Positions 30,960-41,267 of a stretch of DNA of 56,673 nucleotides are shown here, piece after piece. Where the stretch lies: contig JAYVRW010000281.1 in the NCBI GenBank assembly GCA_043775925.1, positions 1 to 56,673 of the forward strand, written 5' to 3'. Made by a program: the position numbers and the translations under genes. The DNA is from Blastocatellia bacterium. GTDB lineage: Bacteria; Acidobacteriota; Blastocatellia; RBC074. Position 1 is the stretch's first letter, and the number at the start of each line of letters is the position of its first letter. The notes under the pieces are model-generated. The model had not been told where the DNA came from, did no database searches, and worked only from the letters and a program-made list of their open reading frames with translations.

Positions 30960-32447
30960 ATGGCTGATGAAGAACTACAAACCGTCTTAGTGGTAGACGA
31001 CGATGAATCGGTTCGTGAACAACTCTATTGGGCGTTGGAAGATCAATATCGAGTATTGCAAGCGGCTTCACGTGCAGAGGCGTTGGCTTTTCTCGAAAGC
31101 GAACATATTGATGTCGTCCTTTGCGATTTGCACCTGCCGCCGCTCGTGAATGAAATCACGGAAGGTGTCGCTGTCCTTGAAGCCGCACGAAATTTTAATC
31201 CGCCGCTGCCGGTGATTGTTCTGACCGGCAGTAAAGAAAAAGCCGTTTCGGTACAAGTGACAGCGCGTGGCGCTTACGGCTTTTTTCAAAAGGATAATTT
31301 TTCGCTAGATGAAGTCGCCATCATCGTTCGTCAGGCTGCTGATAAAATCAGGTTAGCGCGTGAAAATTTCACCCTAGAACAGGAAAATGCCAATCTTCGG
31401 CAACAGGTCGCGGGAGGTTTTGAAGAAGTTGTCGGCTCAAATTCCAAATTACAAGCGATCTTCGCCCAGGCTAGAGAAGTTGCTTCGACCAGCGCGACGG
31501 TTTTAATTACAGGCGAATCAGGCACCGGAAAAGAAGTTCTCGCCCGCGCGGTGCATCGTGCCAGTCCTCGCGCCAACAAACCATTTGTCGCTTGCTCCAT
31601 TGCGGCTTTGCCTGAAAATTTAATTGAGTCGGAATTATTCGGACACGAAAAAGGAGCCTTCACCGGAGCCGCGACACGACGGCAGGGAAGGTTTGAGCTG
31701 GCACATCAGGGAACCTTATTTCTGGATGAAATCGGCGAGCTTTCGCCGTCTATGCAGGTGAAATTGTTGCGTGTTTTGCAGGAGCGACAATTCGAGAGAT
31801 TAGGCGGGAAAGACTTGTTGAGTGTTGATATTCGCGTCATCACGGCGACGAACCGCAACCTCGAAGACATGGTGAATCAGGGAACGTTTCGGGCTGATCT
31901 ATATTATCGCTTGAACGTCGTAAGTTTGGAACTGCCACCCTTGCGCGAACGTCGTGATGATATTCCGTTGCTAGCGGCGCATTTTGCCCGTAAGGCGGCG
32001 TTGAAGCATGACCGCCCAGTCCCCGGATTTACGAATGCGATGATTGATGCCTTGTCCGCCGGAGCGTGGCAGGGCAACATTCGTGAACTCGAAAATGTGA
32101 TTGAAAGGTGCGTCGTGATTAGCTCGGCTGCGACGTTGGATGCGGAGGTACTACCAGAAAAATATCGGCTAACGGGCGCGAGTTCAGTCGTAGCTCCGTC
32201 AGGTCTGGTAGCAATTATGGGAGCTTCGCCTGTTGTCCAATTAGCGGCAAGTTCAAATGGCGATCTGAAGACATTATTTTATCAGGAAGATTTTTCGTTC
32301 GATCATGCAATTACGGGCTACAAGCGCCAGTTGGTGCAAACAGCTTTGCGTGAATGTAATGGCTCGCGTTCCGAAGCCGCACAAAAACTTCACATCAGCC
32401 GTCAATACCTGCATAAACTTATTAATGAATTAGGCGTTTTGGATTAA
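30960..32447 (+). CDS. Sigma-54-dependent NtrC-family response regulator, PrsR-like
   Basis: Receiver VLVVDDD...CDLHLPP; AAA+ GESGTGKE, ESELFGHEKGAFTGA, LFLDEIG, WQGNIRELEN; Fis-type HTH. Confidence 0.95.
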   Translation: MADEELQTVLVVDDDESVREQLYWALEDQYRVLQAASRAEALAFLESEHIDVVLCDLHLPPLVNEITEGVAVLEAARNFNPPLPVIVLTGSKEKAVSVQVTARGAYGFFQKDNFSLDEVAIIVRQAADKIRLARENFTLEQENANLRQQVAGGFEEVVGSNSKLQAIFAQAREVASTSATVLITGESGTGKEVLARAVHRASPRANKPFVACSIAALPENLIESELFGHEKGAFTGAATRRQGRFELAHQGTLFLDEIGELSPSMQVKLLRVLQERQFERLGGKDLLSVDIRVITATNRNLEDMVNQGTFRADLYYRLNVVSLELPPLRERRDDIPLLAAHFARKAALKHDRPVPGFTNAMIDALSAGAWQGNIRELENVIERCVVISSAATLDAEVLPEKYRLTGASSVVAPSGLVAIMGASPVVQLAASSNGDLKTLFYQEDFSFDHAITGYKRQLVQTALRECNGSRSEAAQKLHISRQYLHKLINELGVLD

Positions 32448-32448
32448 G

Positions 32449-32687
32449 AAATTTAGCCGCGAATTAACGCGAATTATAGGGGTTTTTAAGTGGATGCGAC
32501 TGTCAAGCGCCTGCGGTACAGTACGGCGAGCGGTAGCGAGTTGGTCGGCAGTGGAGGGAACCAGCTCGCTACCGCTCACCGTACTGTACCAGCCGCACTC
32601 ATCCGCAAACTGCTATAATAAAACAAGAAAAATGGTTTCTTGTTTTAGAAAAATTCGTGCTAATTCGTGAAATTCGCGGCTAAATTT
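32449..32687. repeat. Nested palindromes: outer GCCGCGAATT-type element enclosing a 31-bp-arm element
   Basis: Outer AAATTTAGCCGCGAATT / AATTCGCGGCTAAATTT; inner 32515-32590 GGTACAGTACGGCGAGCGGTAGCGAGTTGGT / ACCAGCTCGCTACCGCTCACCGTACTGTACC (29/31). Confidence 0.88.
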
Positions 32688-32699
32688 TCCTGACTTGCT

Positions 32700-33350
32700 T
32701 TACTTGACACTAATTGCCGCCGGAGTTCCCGGATTTTTATTCGTAGTTTGTTTGGTGGCAGTGGTTGAGCGGACTCCATTTAATTCCATGTCCACCATCT
32801 GAATGACCTGCCGAATCGCCAAAGCGTGCTCTTGTGGAATCGGCAAACCTTCCCTGATTGCCTTATCTGTTACCAGCATGGCTTCGGCGTAAGAATCGCG
32901 CAGTTTGACTGATTTGCTGTTCAGTTGGGTAATAGATTCCTTGAACGAATGGAGCGCATCCAATTCCTTCTCGCGGAGGTTGACAACATCGTTTGGACTT
33001 TCAGCCGTCAACAAATTTACTGATGACTTGCGCCACATTTCCAATAATTTTTTAGAGCGGTCAATCCCGTCAATTAATTCTGCTTCCGTCAGGACGATCA
33101 CACTGTCAATCGCAGCAATCGAAGCCCAGCGCGCTTCGCTCAACTTCCCGTCTTTTTTCAGTTGCCCAAAATTCTCATACACATGATTCCAACTCGTATA
33201 AGCCATTTCATTGACGTTTACCGCCAATCGAAGCTTTGTTTCAGCATCATTGTAGTTAATTTTTTGGGTGGCTTGTTTTTGTTGTTGTGGACAAGCCAGC
33301 AAGAGAGCCGTGAAGCACAGGAATGAAAAAGTATAGAAAATTCGTCGCAT
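32700..33350 (-). CDS. Hypothetical alpha-helical lipoprotein
   Basis: Signal with lipobox LLLAC; helical composition; no family recognised. Confidence 0.78.
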   Translation of the reverse strand: MRRIFYTFSFLCFTALLLACPQQQKQATQKINYNDAETKLRLAVNVNEMAYTSWNHVYENFGQLKKDGKLSEARWASIAAIDSVIVLTEAELIDGIDRSKKLLEMWRKSSVNLLTAESPNDVVNLREKELDALHSFKESITQLNSKSVKLRDSYAEAMLVTDKAIREGLPIPQEHALAIRQVIQMVDMELNGVRSTTATKQTTNKNPGTPAAISVK

Positions 33351-33518
33351 ACATTAACCATCAAGGGGCAAAGATTGAGTGAACGCAGGCTTGCGCGAGC
33401 ACAAAAAAAGCAGGGTTGATTCGGGAAATCTCAGCGGTAATGGTTGGGACCGTAGTGAGTACCGCTAATGAGAGGGATTATATGGAGAATAGCCTCCGCG
33501 AGCAAGAAAAATGATTTT

Positions 33519-33616
33519 GACTGGAGCGCAAGCGTCCCCGCTTGCCAGTGAATTATTGGATTTTTTATTAACGTAATCTTCTGCGAGTCTGGCGAGCGGA
33601 CGCTTGCGCTCCAGTC
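33519..33616. repeat. Palindromic element (GGAGCGCA family) abutting the LysR stop codon
   Basis: GACTGGAGCGCAAGCGTCC / GGACGCTTGCGCTCCAGTC, perfect 19-bp arms. Confidence 0.88.
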
Positions 33617-34515
33617 TATGGTGTAGCCTCTAACTCAAAGGTTTTACGAATCAGATCAAGAAAGTTTTTGGCAGCGTGTGAAAGCGACAATTCACGGCGG
33701 TAAATCAAGCGAATTGTTTTTTCAATCTTTAGCCCTTTGACCGGGACTTCGATCAGCTTCTGCTCAGCGAGTTCGGTTTTGACTGCCAAGCGTGGCAGAA
33801 TCGCTATCCCCGCATTTCCTTCCACGAATTCCTTAATCGTTTCCAGCGTTGCCAGTTCAATTGAAATATTCAGCGGAGTGCGATTTTGCGCGAATAGATC
33901 AAAAATCCGCGCCCGTGCCGGAGTCTTGACGTTATGCGCGACAAAACTTTCCTGCGCCAGATCACGAACTGTGACTCCTTTTTTCCTGGCTAATTGATGT
34001 TTAGGACTGACGACCAGGACTAATTCATCCTTATAAATTTCCAACGACTGAAGCATCGGATGCTGCGGATCGAATGACAATAAACCGAAATCCAGATTGC
34101 GCTCTAAGACTTCATTCGGAATCCGCTCGGAGATGTTGCGGTACACCTCAATTTTTATTTTTGAATGTTGCTTGCGATATTCCAACAGCAAGGGTGGAAG
34201 CAAATATAACGACGTGCTTTCGTTTGCGCCGATGCTCAGGCGTCCACGATACATGCCGCGAAGCTCGCTGATCGCGCCCGTCGCTTCATCTCGCAAATTC
34301 AAAATGCGTTGCGCGTAGGAATGCAGAATTTTCCCGGCTTCGGTCATCGTCCCGGCTTTGCTGCTGCGGTCAAATAAAATTTCACCAAGCTCTTCTTCCA
34401 GGCGCTTGATGGTAATGCTGATGGCGGGTTGCGTCCGCAGCATTTTTTCGGCTGCCCGTGAAAAACTTTTTTCCTGCGCGATGCTCAAAAATATTTCTAA
34501 TTGTGAAAAATCCAT
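33616..34515 (-). CDS. LysR-family transcriptional regulator
   Basis: [50 protein letters not shown]; substrate-binding domain; start set at 34515 (track 34533). Confidence 0.96.
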   Translation of the reverse strand: MDFSQLEIFLSIAQEKSFSRAAEKMLRTQPAISITIKRLEEELGEILFDRSSKAGTMTEAGKILHSYAQRILNLRDEATGAISELRGMYRGRLSIGANESTSLYLLPPLLLEYRKQHSKIKIEVYRNISERIPNEVLERNLDFGLLSFDPQHPMLQSLEIYKDELVLVVSPKHQLARKKGVTVRDLAQESFVAHNVKTPARARIFDLFAQNRTPLNISIELATLETIKEFVEGNAGIAILPRLAVKTELAEQKLIEVPVKGLKIEKTIRLIYRRELSLSHAAKNFLDLIRKTFELEATP

Positions 34516-34519
34516 AATG

Positions 34520-34654
34520 AAATCAAAAGGCAAATATCAAAAATTAAAAAGCAAAAGTGAGACAATGTCACTTTCGCGTCATAACCTTTTTCATTGTTTG
34601 GTTGAGGTCGGCTTTACTTTTACCATTTGATATTTGCCTTTTGCCTTTTGATTT
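34520..34654. repeat. Palindromic element with heptamer-periodic arms
   Basis: AAATCAAAAGGCAAATATCAAA vs TTTGATA-TTTGCCT-TTTGCCT-TTTGATT. Confidence 0.75.
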
Positions 34655-34657
34655 ACT

Positions 34658-34672
34658 ATAAGTAGTTTTTAT
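34658..34672. promoter_or_regulatory. Putative LysR recognition site (T-N11-A; ATA-N9-TAT)
   Basis: ATAAGTAGTTTTTAT in the LysR/leuA divergent region; adjacent dyad ATCGTAAA-N10-TTTACGAT. Confidence 0.4.
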
Positions 34673-34781
34673 GTTATCGTAAAAATTATAAACTTTACGA
34701 TATAGCAAATGCAATGCTATTTTAATTAAATTCTGAGATTGGATTTTTTCAATCACCGTATTCTTGAAGGGAGCAACGAAC

Positions 34782-36353
34782 ATGAGCAGCGAGCAAATAG
34801 CAATTTTCGATACAACTTTGCGCGACGGCGAACAATCGCCGGGGTGCAGTATGAACCTCGAAGAAAAACTTCGCATGGCGCGTCAGCTCGAAGCTCTGGG
34901 CGTAGACATTATCGAAGCCGGATTTCCGGTTGCTTCTGAAGATGATTTTAATGCTGTCCGCGAAGTCGCCCGCGTTTGTCGTACGCCGATTATTGCGGCA
35001 CTTTGTCGCACGACTACGCTGGATATTGAACGCGCCTGGGAAGCGCTGTGCGATGCGGCGCGACCGCGAATTCACACGTTCGTAGCGACTTCTGATATTC
35101 ATCTCGAATTCAAATTGCAAAAGACCCGCGCTGAAGTTTTAGACATGTCGCGCAAGGCTGTACGTTTGGCGAAAAGTTTTACGTCTGATGTTGAGTTTTC
35201 CGCCGAAGACGCGACGCGCAGCGATCTTGATTATCTCTGCGAAATTATCGAAGCCGTCATTGATGAAGGCGCGACGGTCGTCAATATTCCTGATACGGTT
35301 GGCTATACAATTCCGTCTGAATATCACCACATTATTTCCACGCTCAAGCAGCGTGTCCGCAATATTGACCAGGCTGTCATCAGCGTTCATTGCCACAACG
35401 ATTTAGGTTTAGGCGTAGCGAATTCGTTAGCCGCTATCGCTGCCGGAGCCAGACAAATCGAATGCACAATTAACGGAATTGGTGAACGCGCAGGCAATGC
35501 TGCGCTCGAAGAAATTGTGATGGCGTTGCGCGTTCGCAAAGATTTGATGCCGTACAAAAATAATATTGTGACGGAAGAAATTTATCGTTCGAGTCAGACG
35601 TTGAGCAATATTACCGGGGTTTTGGTGCAGCCGAATAAAGCCGTCGTTGGCAAAAACGCCTTCGCGCACGAAGCCGGAATTCATCAGCACGGAGTCCTGA
35701 AAAATCGTATTACTTATGAAATCATGACTCCCGAATCTGTTGGCGTGAAAACCAACAGCATCGTCTTGGGTAAGCATTCAGGCCGTCACGCGCTAAATAA
35801 AAAATACGAAGAGATGGGTTATCAATTGGCGCGTCCTGAACTTGATAAGGCGTACAAACTTTTCACCAAATTAGCCGATCAGAAGAAAGAAATTTTTGAA
35901 GAGGATTTGTTGGCGATTTTGCAGGACGGCATCGCACAGATTCCTGAAGCATACAAATTAAGAGCTTTGCAGGCGACGGCTGGGACGACGAAAAACGCTA
36001 CGGCGCTGGTTACGCTCGGAGATGATTTGGGCGAGCGCACCGAATCCGCCGTCGGCGATGGCCCCGTCAATGCTTCGTTTTCCGCGATTGATAAAATCAC
36101 GGGAATGGAAGGCAAGCTGATGGATTACACCGTCCGCGCGATCACGCAAGGCACGGATGCCGTCGGCGAAGTTTTTGTGCACGCCGAATTTGACGGAACT
36201 TCGTACACTGGCAAAGCTGCGAGTACCGATGTTGTAGACGCCAGCGTTCGCGCCTATCTGAACGCGCTGAATAAAGCTGTCTATGCGAAAGCGCGACGCA
36301 AGAGCGATGTCAATGAAGAAATTTCGGTAGCGACGCCGTTGCCGAAAGAATAG
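34782..36353 (+). CDS. leuA: 2-isopropylmalate synthase
   Basis: [49 protein letters not shown], regulatory domain GDGPVNA; ATG 34782 after AAGGGAG. Confidence 0.97.
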   Translation: MSSEQIAIFDTTLRDGEQSPGCSMNLEEKLRMARQLEALGVDIIEAGFPVASEDDFNAVREVARVCRTPIIAALCRTTTLDIERAWEALCDAARPRIHTFVATSDIHLEFKLQKTRAEVLDMSRKAVRLAKSFTSDVEFSAEDATRSDLDYLCEIIEAVIDEGATVVNIPDTVGYTIPSEYHHIISTLKQRVRNIDQAVISVHCHNDLGLGVANSLAAIAAGARQIECTINGIGERAGNAALEEIVMALRVRKDLMPYKNNIVTEEIYRSSQTLSNITGVLVQPNKAVVGKNAFAHEAGIHQHGVLKNRITYEIMTPESVGVKTNSIVLGKHSGRHALNKKYEEMGYQLARPELDKAYKLFTKLADQKKEIFEEDLLAILQDGIAQIPEAYKLRALQATAGTTKNATALVTLGDDLGERTESAVGDGPVNASFSAIDKITGMEGKLMDYTVRAITQGTDAVGEVFVHAEFDGTSYTGKAASTDVVDASVRAYLNALNKAVYAKARRKSDVNEEISVATPLPKE

Positions 36354-36389
36354 CCGCCCGATACTAAATCGTTGTAAAATACGAAAACT

Positions 36390-36623
36390 ATGAACATCAA
36401 CACGATTACAACGATTAATGCTGCGCCTATTCATGCTGATCCTGAAATTTTGAGTGGCTTGCCTGTTTTTGTGGGGACTCGCGTTCCGGCGCAAACGCTT
36501 TTTGACTATCTTGCTGATGGCTGCGACTTAGAGGAATTTCTCGATAATTTCCCGACTGTCAAGCGTGAGCAGGCTTTACAATTGCTGGCGATTGCTGCGA
36601 AAACGGCGCAGGCTGAGGCGTGA
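36390..36623 (+). CDS. DUF433-family antitoxin-like protein
   Basis: IHADPEILSGLPVFVGTRVPAQTLFDYLADG...FLDNFP. Confidence 0.92.
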   Translation: MNINTITTINAAPIHADPEILSGLPVFVGTRVPAQTLFDYLADGCDLEEFLDNFPTVKREQALQLLAIAAKTAQAEA

Positions 36624-36946
36624 TGAAAATATTGATTGATGAAAGCTTACCTCGTTATCTCAAGCGAATGCTTCCAGATCATGAAGCGCAAACTGTGCCA
36701 GAGCGAGGATGGGCTGGAATTAAGAATGGCGAGTTATTGCGGCTGGCTGAAGCTGAGTTTGAAGTTTTTTTGACCGCAGATAAAAACCTTCGTTATCAGC
36801 AAAATCTGAAAGATCGTCGTCTGGCAATAATTGAGTTTCCATCAAACAAATTAAGTATAGTCAAATCATTAGAATTAGAGCTTCAAGATTTGATTTCACA
36901 AGCCACAATTGGAAGTTATCTGACTTTAATTTTGCAAACGGATTAA
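36623..36946 (+). CDS. DUF5615 PIN-like toxin-like protein
   Basis: MKILIDESLP, GWAGIKNGELL, VFLTADKNLRYQQN; TGATG overlap with the DUF433 gene. Confidence 0.88.
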   Translation: MKILIDESLPRYLKRMLPDHEAQTVPERGWAGIKNGELLRLAEAEFEVFLTADKNLRYQQNLKDRRLAIIEFPSNKLSIVKSLELELQDLISQATIGSYLTLILQTD

Positions 36947-36949
36947 ATA

Positions 36950-38020
36950 ATGGAATATAAAATCACAGTACTCCCCGGCGATGGCATTGGCGTTGATGTA
37001 ACGCGTGAAGCGGTCGCTTGTCTCGAAACTATCGGTAGCACCTTCGGACACGAATTTCATTTCGAGACGAAATTAATGGGCGGAGCCGCGCTTGATGCCG
37101 TTGGCGTCCCGTTGCCTGATGAAACGTTAGAAGCGTGTCTGGCGAGTGATGCGGTGTTGCTTGGCGCAGTTGGTGGACCGCAATACGATAACAATCCGCC
37201 GAAGCTGAAACCTGAAACGGGGTTGCTTGGATTACGCGCTGGCTTGGGAGTTTTTGCGAACCTTCGTCCCGCATTTTTGCACGAAGTTTTGATTGACGCT
37301 TCACCGCTCAAAGAATCAGTTGTGCGCGGTACGGATATGATTATCGTCCGCGAATTAATGGGTGGTGCGTACTTCGGTCAGCCCCGCGAAATCACGGAAG
37401 ATCGTGGCTTGAATTCGATGGTCTACACGGCGTTTGAAGTCGAACGCATTGCCCGCATCGCGTTTGAAATTGCGCGTGGACGCAAGAAAAAACTTCATTC
37501 GATTGATAAGGCGAATGTCCTGGAAGTTTCGCAACTCTGGCGCAAAGTCGTGACTCGTGTCGGCGCGGAATTTCCCGATGTGCAGCTTGAGCACGGCTAC
37601 GTTGATTCCTGTGCAATGGCGCTGGTGACGAAGCCGACAGCCTACGACGTGATCGTGACCGAGAATTTATTCGGCGACATCCTGAGTGACGAAGCCGCAG
37701 TCTTAACGGGCAGTTTAGGAATGTTGCCCTCCGCGAGCATAGGCGGCAAAGTTGGATTGTACGAACCGGTGCATGGCTCCGCCCCCGACATTGCAGGCAA
37801 GGGAATTGCGAATCCGCTTGGCGCAATTGCTTCCATCGCCATGATGCTGCGCTACACCTGCAAGCTCGAAAACGAAGCTGCCGCACTCGAAGCCGCGATC
37901 AGTGAAACGTTGACCGAAGGTTACGGAACGCCTGATTTGAAGAGTCAGCCGAAGCAGGTGACGACCACTGAAATCGGCGATGTCATTCGTGCGAAGGTGG
38001 CAAAGGCGAAGGTGGCTTGA
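36950..38020 (+). CDS. leuB: 3-isopropylmalate dehydrogenase
   Basis: [68 protein letters not shown]. Confidence 0.97.
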   Translation: MEYKITVLPGDGIGVDVTREAVACLETIGSTFGHEFHFETKLMGGAALDAVGVPLPDETLEACLASDAVLLGAVGGPQYDNNPPKLKPETGLLGLRAGLGVFANLRPAFLHEVLIDASPLKESVVRGTDMIIVRELMGGAYFGQPREITEDRGLNSMVYTAFEVERIARIAFEIARGRKKKLHSIDKANVLEVSQLWRKVVTRVGAEFPDVQLEHGYVDSCAMALVTKPTAYDVIVTENLFGDILSDEAAVLTGSLGMLPSASIGGKVGLYEPVHGSAPDIAGKGIANPLGAIASIAMMLRYTCKLENEAAALEAAISETLTEGYGTPDLKSQPKQVTTTEIGDVIRAKVAKAKVA

Positions 38021-38050
38021 TTATTTGAAAATTGAACAGGCAGGCTTGCA

Positions 38051-38407
38051 ATGAAAGTCTACGACATTAATGACGAGCGAGGGAAAGTATTTGCCTTTGA
38101 GATTAAGAACCTTGATCTTTTGTTAGGTCGTGTTGGAGTTCGGATAATCGTAAGCCAAATTCCAAGCGTCAAAATTATTCGTGTACCCTACTTTTTTCAA
38201 ATCTTCGGCGATGAAGAATTTTGTGAATTTGAAGTTGATGGTCAGCGTTTTGTAGCTTGGGAGCCGTATAACGACAACGACGTTTATTGTATCGGAGCAA
38301 AGCCGACTGGATGGTGTGAGCAATTAGAAATTGTGCGGACGGCTTTTCTGAATTATTCGCAATGGGAAAACCTGATGCAAAAGTTAAGTAGGTTATTTCG
38401 GCGATAA
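38051..38407 (+). CDS. Hypothetical protein
   Basis: 118-aa ORF on the operon strand, AT-richer than neighbours, motif FCEFEVDG...WEPYNDN..Y.IG; no function recognised. Confidence 0.72.
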   Translation: MKVYDINDERGKVFAFEIKNLDLLLGRVGVRIIVSQIPSVKIIRVPYFFQIFGDEEFCEFEVDGQRFVAWEPYNDNDVYCIGAKPTGWCEQLEIVRTAFLNYSQWENLMQKLSRLFRR

Positions 38408-38461
38408 TAAACATAAAGTCTAATTTGGCTATAAATAAAACTTATCTTACTGGAAAAACTA

Positions 38462-38491
38462 TAGACACGCGAAATGGTAATGCTCTATACT
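38462..38491 (+). promoter_or_regulatory. Putative sigma-70 promoter of the ilv leader
   Basis: TAGACA-N18-TATACT, about 60 nt upstream of the leader ATG. Confidence 0.55.
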
Positions 38492-38549
38492 GCACTGGTC
38501 TTCAAACAGGTATTTCATTTTTACCAGCAGCATTATCGGAAAAATCGCA

Positions 38550-38693
38550 ATGACGTTTCGATTTACACAACTAGCATCGCTTCTCCAGCTTGACGAAATA
38601 ATTCAAGTTAGCGTCGTTGTCGTAGTTATTAACATTATCGTTGTTGCGGTCGTAGTTATTACGCAAACCGCACCGCTCGCTGGCACTGCCTGA
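38550..38693 (+). CDS. ilv operon attenuator leader peptide (47 aa)
   Basis: MTFRFTQLASLLQLDEIIQVSVVVVVINIIVVAVVVITQTAPLAGTA*: 11 Val, 6 Ile, 5 Leu; directly before a terminator and ilvB; below the ORF-track size cut-off. Confidence 0.9.
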   Translation: MTFRFTQLASLLQLDEIIQVSVVVVVINIIVVAVVVITQTAPLAGTA

Positions 38694-38716
38694 ATAAAAA
38701 AGGCAAAGAGATTTAG

Positions 38717-38754
38717 AAAGCCCCAGCGAGCTAAGCAAGTTCGCTGGGGTTTTT
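38717..38754 (+). terminator. Attenuator intrinsic terminator
   Basis: AAAGCCCCAGCGAGC-taagcaa-GTTCGCTGGGGTTTT followed by a T-rich tract; 5' arm 38723-38731 is complementary to GCTCGCTGG 38675-38683 (antiterminator). Confidence 0.9.
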
Positions 38755-38875
38755 GGTTTTATGTAGGGTAAACTTTTAGTTTGCTCTGTGTCCAAAATAA
38801 AAATTCGGTTGTAACGAAAGTATTAGTTAAGAAAAAAGCAAACTGGAAAGTTTGCTCTACATTGAGGCAATTTTT

Positions 38876-40579
38876 ATGAAAATGCGTGGCGCACGAATCT
38901 TTCTGGAAGCATTACGTTGTGAAGGTATAGATGCCGTTTTCGGTTATCCCGGCGGCGCAGTCCTGCACATTTACGACGAAATTGGCCTCAGCGGTCAGGA
39001 GCTTGGGATCAAGCATTATCTGGTTCGGCACGAACAAGCTGCGTTATTTGCAGCAGCCGGATATGCCCAGGCGACAGGTAAAACCGGCGTCGCGCTGGTG
39101 ACTTCAGGCCCTGGCGGTACGAACGCGATTACAGGCATCACGAATGCTTTTATGGATTCGTTGCCGATAGTCGTTTTCACTGGTCAGGTTCCAACGCATC
39201 TCATTGGGATGGACGCTTTTCAGGAAGCAGATTTGACGGGCATGACGCGCTCATGCACAAAACACAATTACCTCGTCAAACGCGTCGAAGATTTAGCGGG
39301 AACCATCAAAGAAGCTTTTCACGTCGCCAGTTCTGGTCGCCCTGGCCCTGTGTTGGTTGATTTGCCGAAAGATGTAACGGCGGCGATGACGGAATTTAGT
39401 TACCCTGAAACCATCGAAGTCAAAAGCTATAAACCGCAAATGCAGGGCGATGCCAAGCAAATCCGCAAAGCTGTGACGGCGATGATGCAGGCGAAAAAGC
39501 CTGTGCTGTATGTTGGCGGCGGAGCGATTACGGCGGAAGCTCATGCCGAAGTAAAACAATTAGCGGAGAAATTAAATCTTCCGACAACCTGCACATTGAT
39601 GGGACTGGGCGGCTTTCCTTCAACGCATCCGTTGAGCCTCGGAATGCTTGGCATGCATGGTGGTTATTGGACGAATATGGCGGTCAATAACAGCGATCTA
39701 TTAATTTCAATCGGTGCTCGCTTTGATGATCGCGTGACGGGGAAATTGGATGAATTTGCCAAAGGCGCAAAAATCATTCATGTAGATATTGACCCTTCAA
39801 ACATTGGCAAAAATGTCAAAACTGATATTCCTGTCGTGGGTGATGCGCGCAGCGTGGCAAAGCAAATGATCGCCGAATTATCCGAACAACTGGAAGCCGG
39901 AGAAATCATCGTTGACAAATCCGATTGGCATCAACAAATCGCCGATTGGCGCGAACAGAATCCGTTCTGGTTCCATCAGGACGACGAAACGATCAAGCCG
40001 CAATTCGTCATCAAAGAATTGCATCGCTTGACCGAAGGCAAAGCTGTTGTTTCCTCTGACGTTGGTCAGCATCAAATGTGGACGGCGCAGCTTTATGGCT
40101 TTGATAGCCCGCGTAACTGGCTGAATTCCGGTGGACTCGGCGCCATGGGCTACGGATTTCCAGCGGGAATGGGCGCAGCCGTAGCGCGTCCCGGCGAAAT
40201 TTGTGTTGCGGTTGTTGGTGACGGCGGATTCCAGATGACTTTGATGGAACTGGCGACGATCAAGGAATACAACATTCCGATCAAGATTTTAATTCTCAAC
40301 AATCAATATTTGGGAATGGTACGGCAGTGGCAGGAACAGTTTTACGCGCACAATTATTCGCAGAGCGACATCGCTGTGCAGCCTGATTTTGTGAAACTGG
40401 CAGAGGCGTATGGCGTCCCCGCTTTCCGCGCCGAAAAAGTTTCAGAAGTCGCGGCAGTCCTGCAAAAAGCCATTGATACGCCCGGCCCGGTGTTGATGGA
40501 ATTCAAAATTGCCCGTGAGGAAAATGTGTTTCCGATTGTGCCAGCAGGTGCGGCGTTGAAGGATATGATTTTGCGGTAG
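38876..40579 (+). CDS. ilvB: Acetolactate synthase large subunit
   Basis: [57 protein letters not shown]; ATG 38876 after GAGG (track start 38852). Confidence 0.97.
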   Translation: MKMRGARIFLEALRCEGIDAVFGYPGGAVLHIYDEIGLSGQELGIKHYLVRHEQAALFAAAGYAQATGKTGVALVTSGPGGTNAITGITNAFMDSLPIVVFTGQVPTHLIGMDAFQEADLTGMTRSCTKHNYLVKRVEDLAGTIKEAFHVASSGRPGPVLVDLPKDVTAAMTEFSYPETIEVKSYKPQMQGDAKQIRKAVTAMMQAKKPVLYVGGGAITAEAHAEVKQLAEKLNLPTTCTLMGLGGFPSTHPLSLGMLGMHGGYWTNMAVNNSDLLISIGARFDDRVTGKLDEFAKGAKIIHVDIDPSNIGKNVKTDIPVVGDARSVAKQMIAELSEQLEAGEIIVDKSDWHQQIADWREQNPFWFHQDDETIKPQFVIKELHRLTEGKAVVSSDVGQHQMWTAQLYGFDSPRNWLNSGGLGAMGYGFPAGMGAAVARPGEICVAVVGDGGFQMTLMELATIKEYNIPIKILILNNQYLGMVRQWQEQFYAHNYSQSDIAVQPDFVKLAEAYGVPAFRAEKVSEVAAVLQKAIDTPGPVLMEFKIAREENVFPIVPAGAALKDMILR

Positions 40580-40596
40580 CAAAAAGAAATGCTTGA

Positions 40597-40668
40597 TATT
40601 AGATGCTGGATGCTGGTTTTGTAGCATCAACGCCTAACTTCCGGCATCTGGCATCAATCATCTAATAC
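40597..40668. repeat. Palindromic element family C (GATGCTG heptamers), copy 1
   Basis: TATTAGATGCTGGATGCTGG ... CCGGCATCTGGCATC ... CATCTAATA. Confidence 0.72.
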
Positions 40669-40676
40669 CTATTTTT

Positions 40677-41225
40677 ATGAGACATACAATTTCGCTGTTA
40701 GTAGCAAATGAATACGGAATGTTGGCACGGGTAGCTGGATTATTCAGTGCGCGCGGCTATCAAATTGACTCGCTCTGTGTCGCGCCGATGCTGGAAGAAG
40801 ATATGTCGCGGATGACAATCACTACGCACGGCAACGATCAGATTATTGAGCAGATTATCAAGCAACTTGAGAAACTGGTTAAGGTTTATGAAGTTGATGA
40901 TCTGACCACTGATCCGCACGTTGAACGCGAAATGGTTTTATTGACCGTCAATGCGGCAATGGGTGAACAGCGGCAGGAAGTCCAAAATCTGATTGACATT
41001 TTTCGCGCTAAAGTCGTAGACGTTTCGACGGATGCGTTCATCATTGAAATGACCGGCAGCGCGGAAAAAGTTGATGCGTTGATTGATTTGCTGAAACCTG
41101 TTGGCATTCGTGACATCGTTCGCACCGGGACAGTTGCGATGACGCGTGTCGCTGCCGTGAAAGCGCGACAGCAGCGCAGCGACGACGAAGCATTTTCAGA
41201 ATTAACGTTGAATGAAAAAGTGTAG
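40677..41225 (+). CDS. ilvN: Acetolactate synthase small (regulatory) subunit
   Basis: ACT domain [31 protein letters not shown]; EREMVLL; VRTGTVAM. Confidence 0.96.
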   Translation: MRHTISLLVANEYGMLARVAGLFSARGYQIDSLCVAPMLEEDMSRMTITTHGNDQIIEQIIKQLEKLVKVYEVDDLTTDPHVEREMVLLTVNAAMGEQRQEVQNLIDIFRAKVVDVSTDAFIIEMTGSAEKVDALIDLLKPVGIRDIVRTGTVAMTRVAAVKARQQRSDDEAFSELTLNEKV

Positions 41226-41267
41226 CGCAAGCTTTCCAGCTTGCGTTTGATAAAGAGGCAAACTGGA

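Noticed and set aside
34568-34633. Leader peptide for leuA (MSLSRHNLFHCLVEVGFTFTI)
   Set aside because: No Leu run and no terminator/antiterminator pair; lies inside a palindromic element
38571-38795. Minus-strand 74-aa Asn/Asp-rich ORF
   Set aside because: It is the antisense of the Val/Ile codon run of the true plus-strand leader
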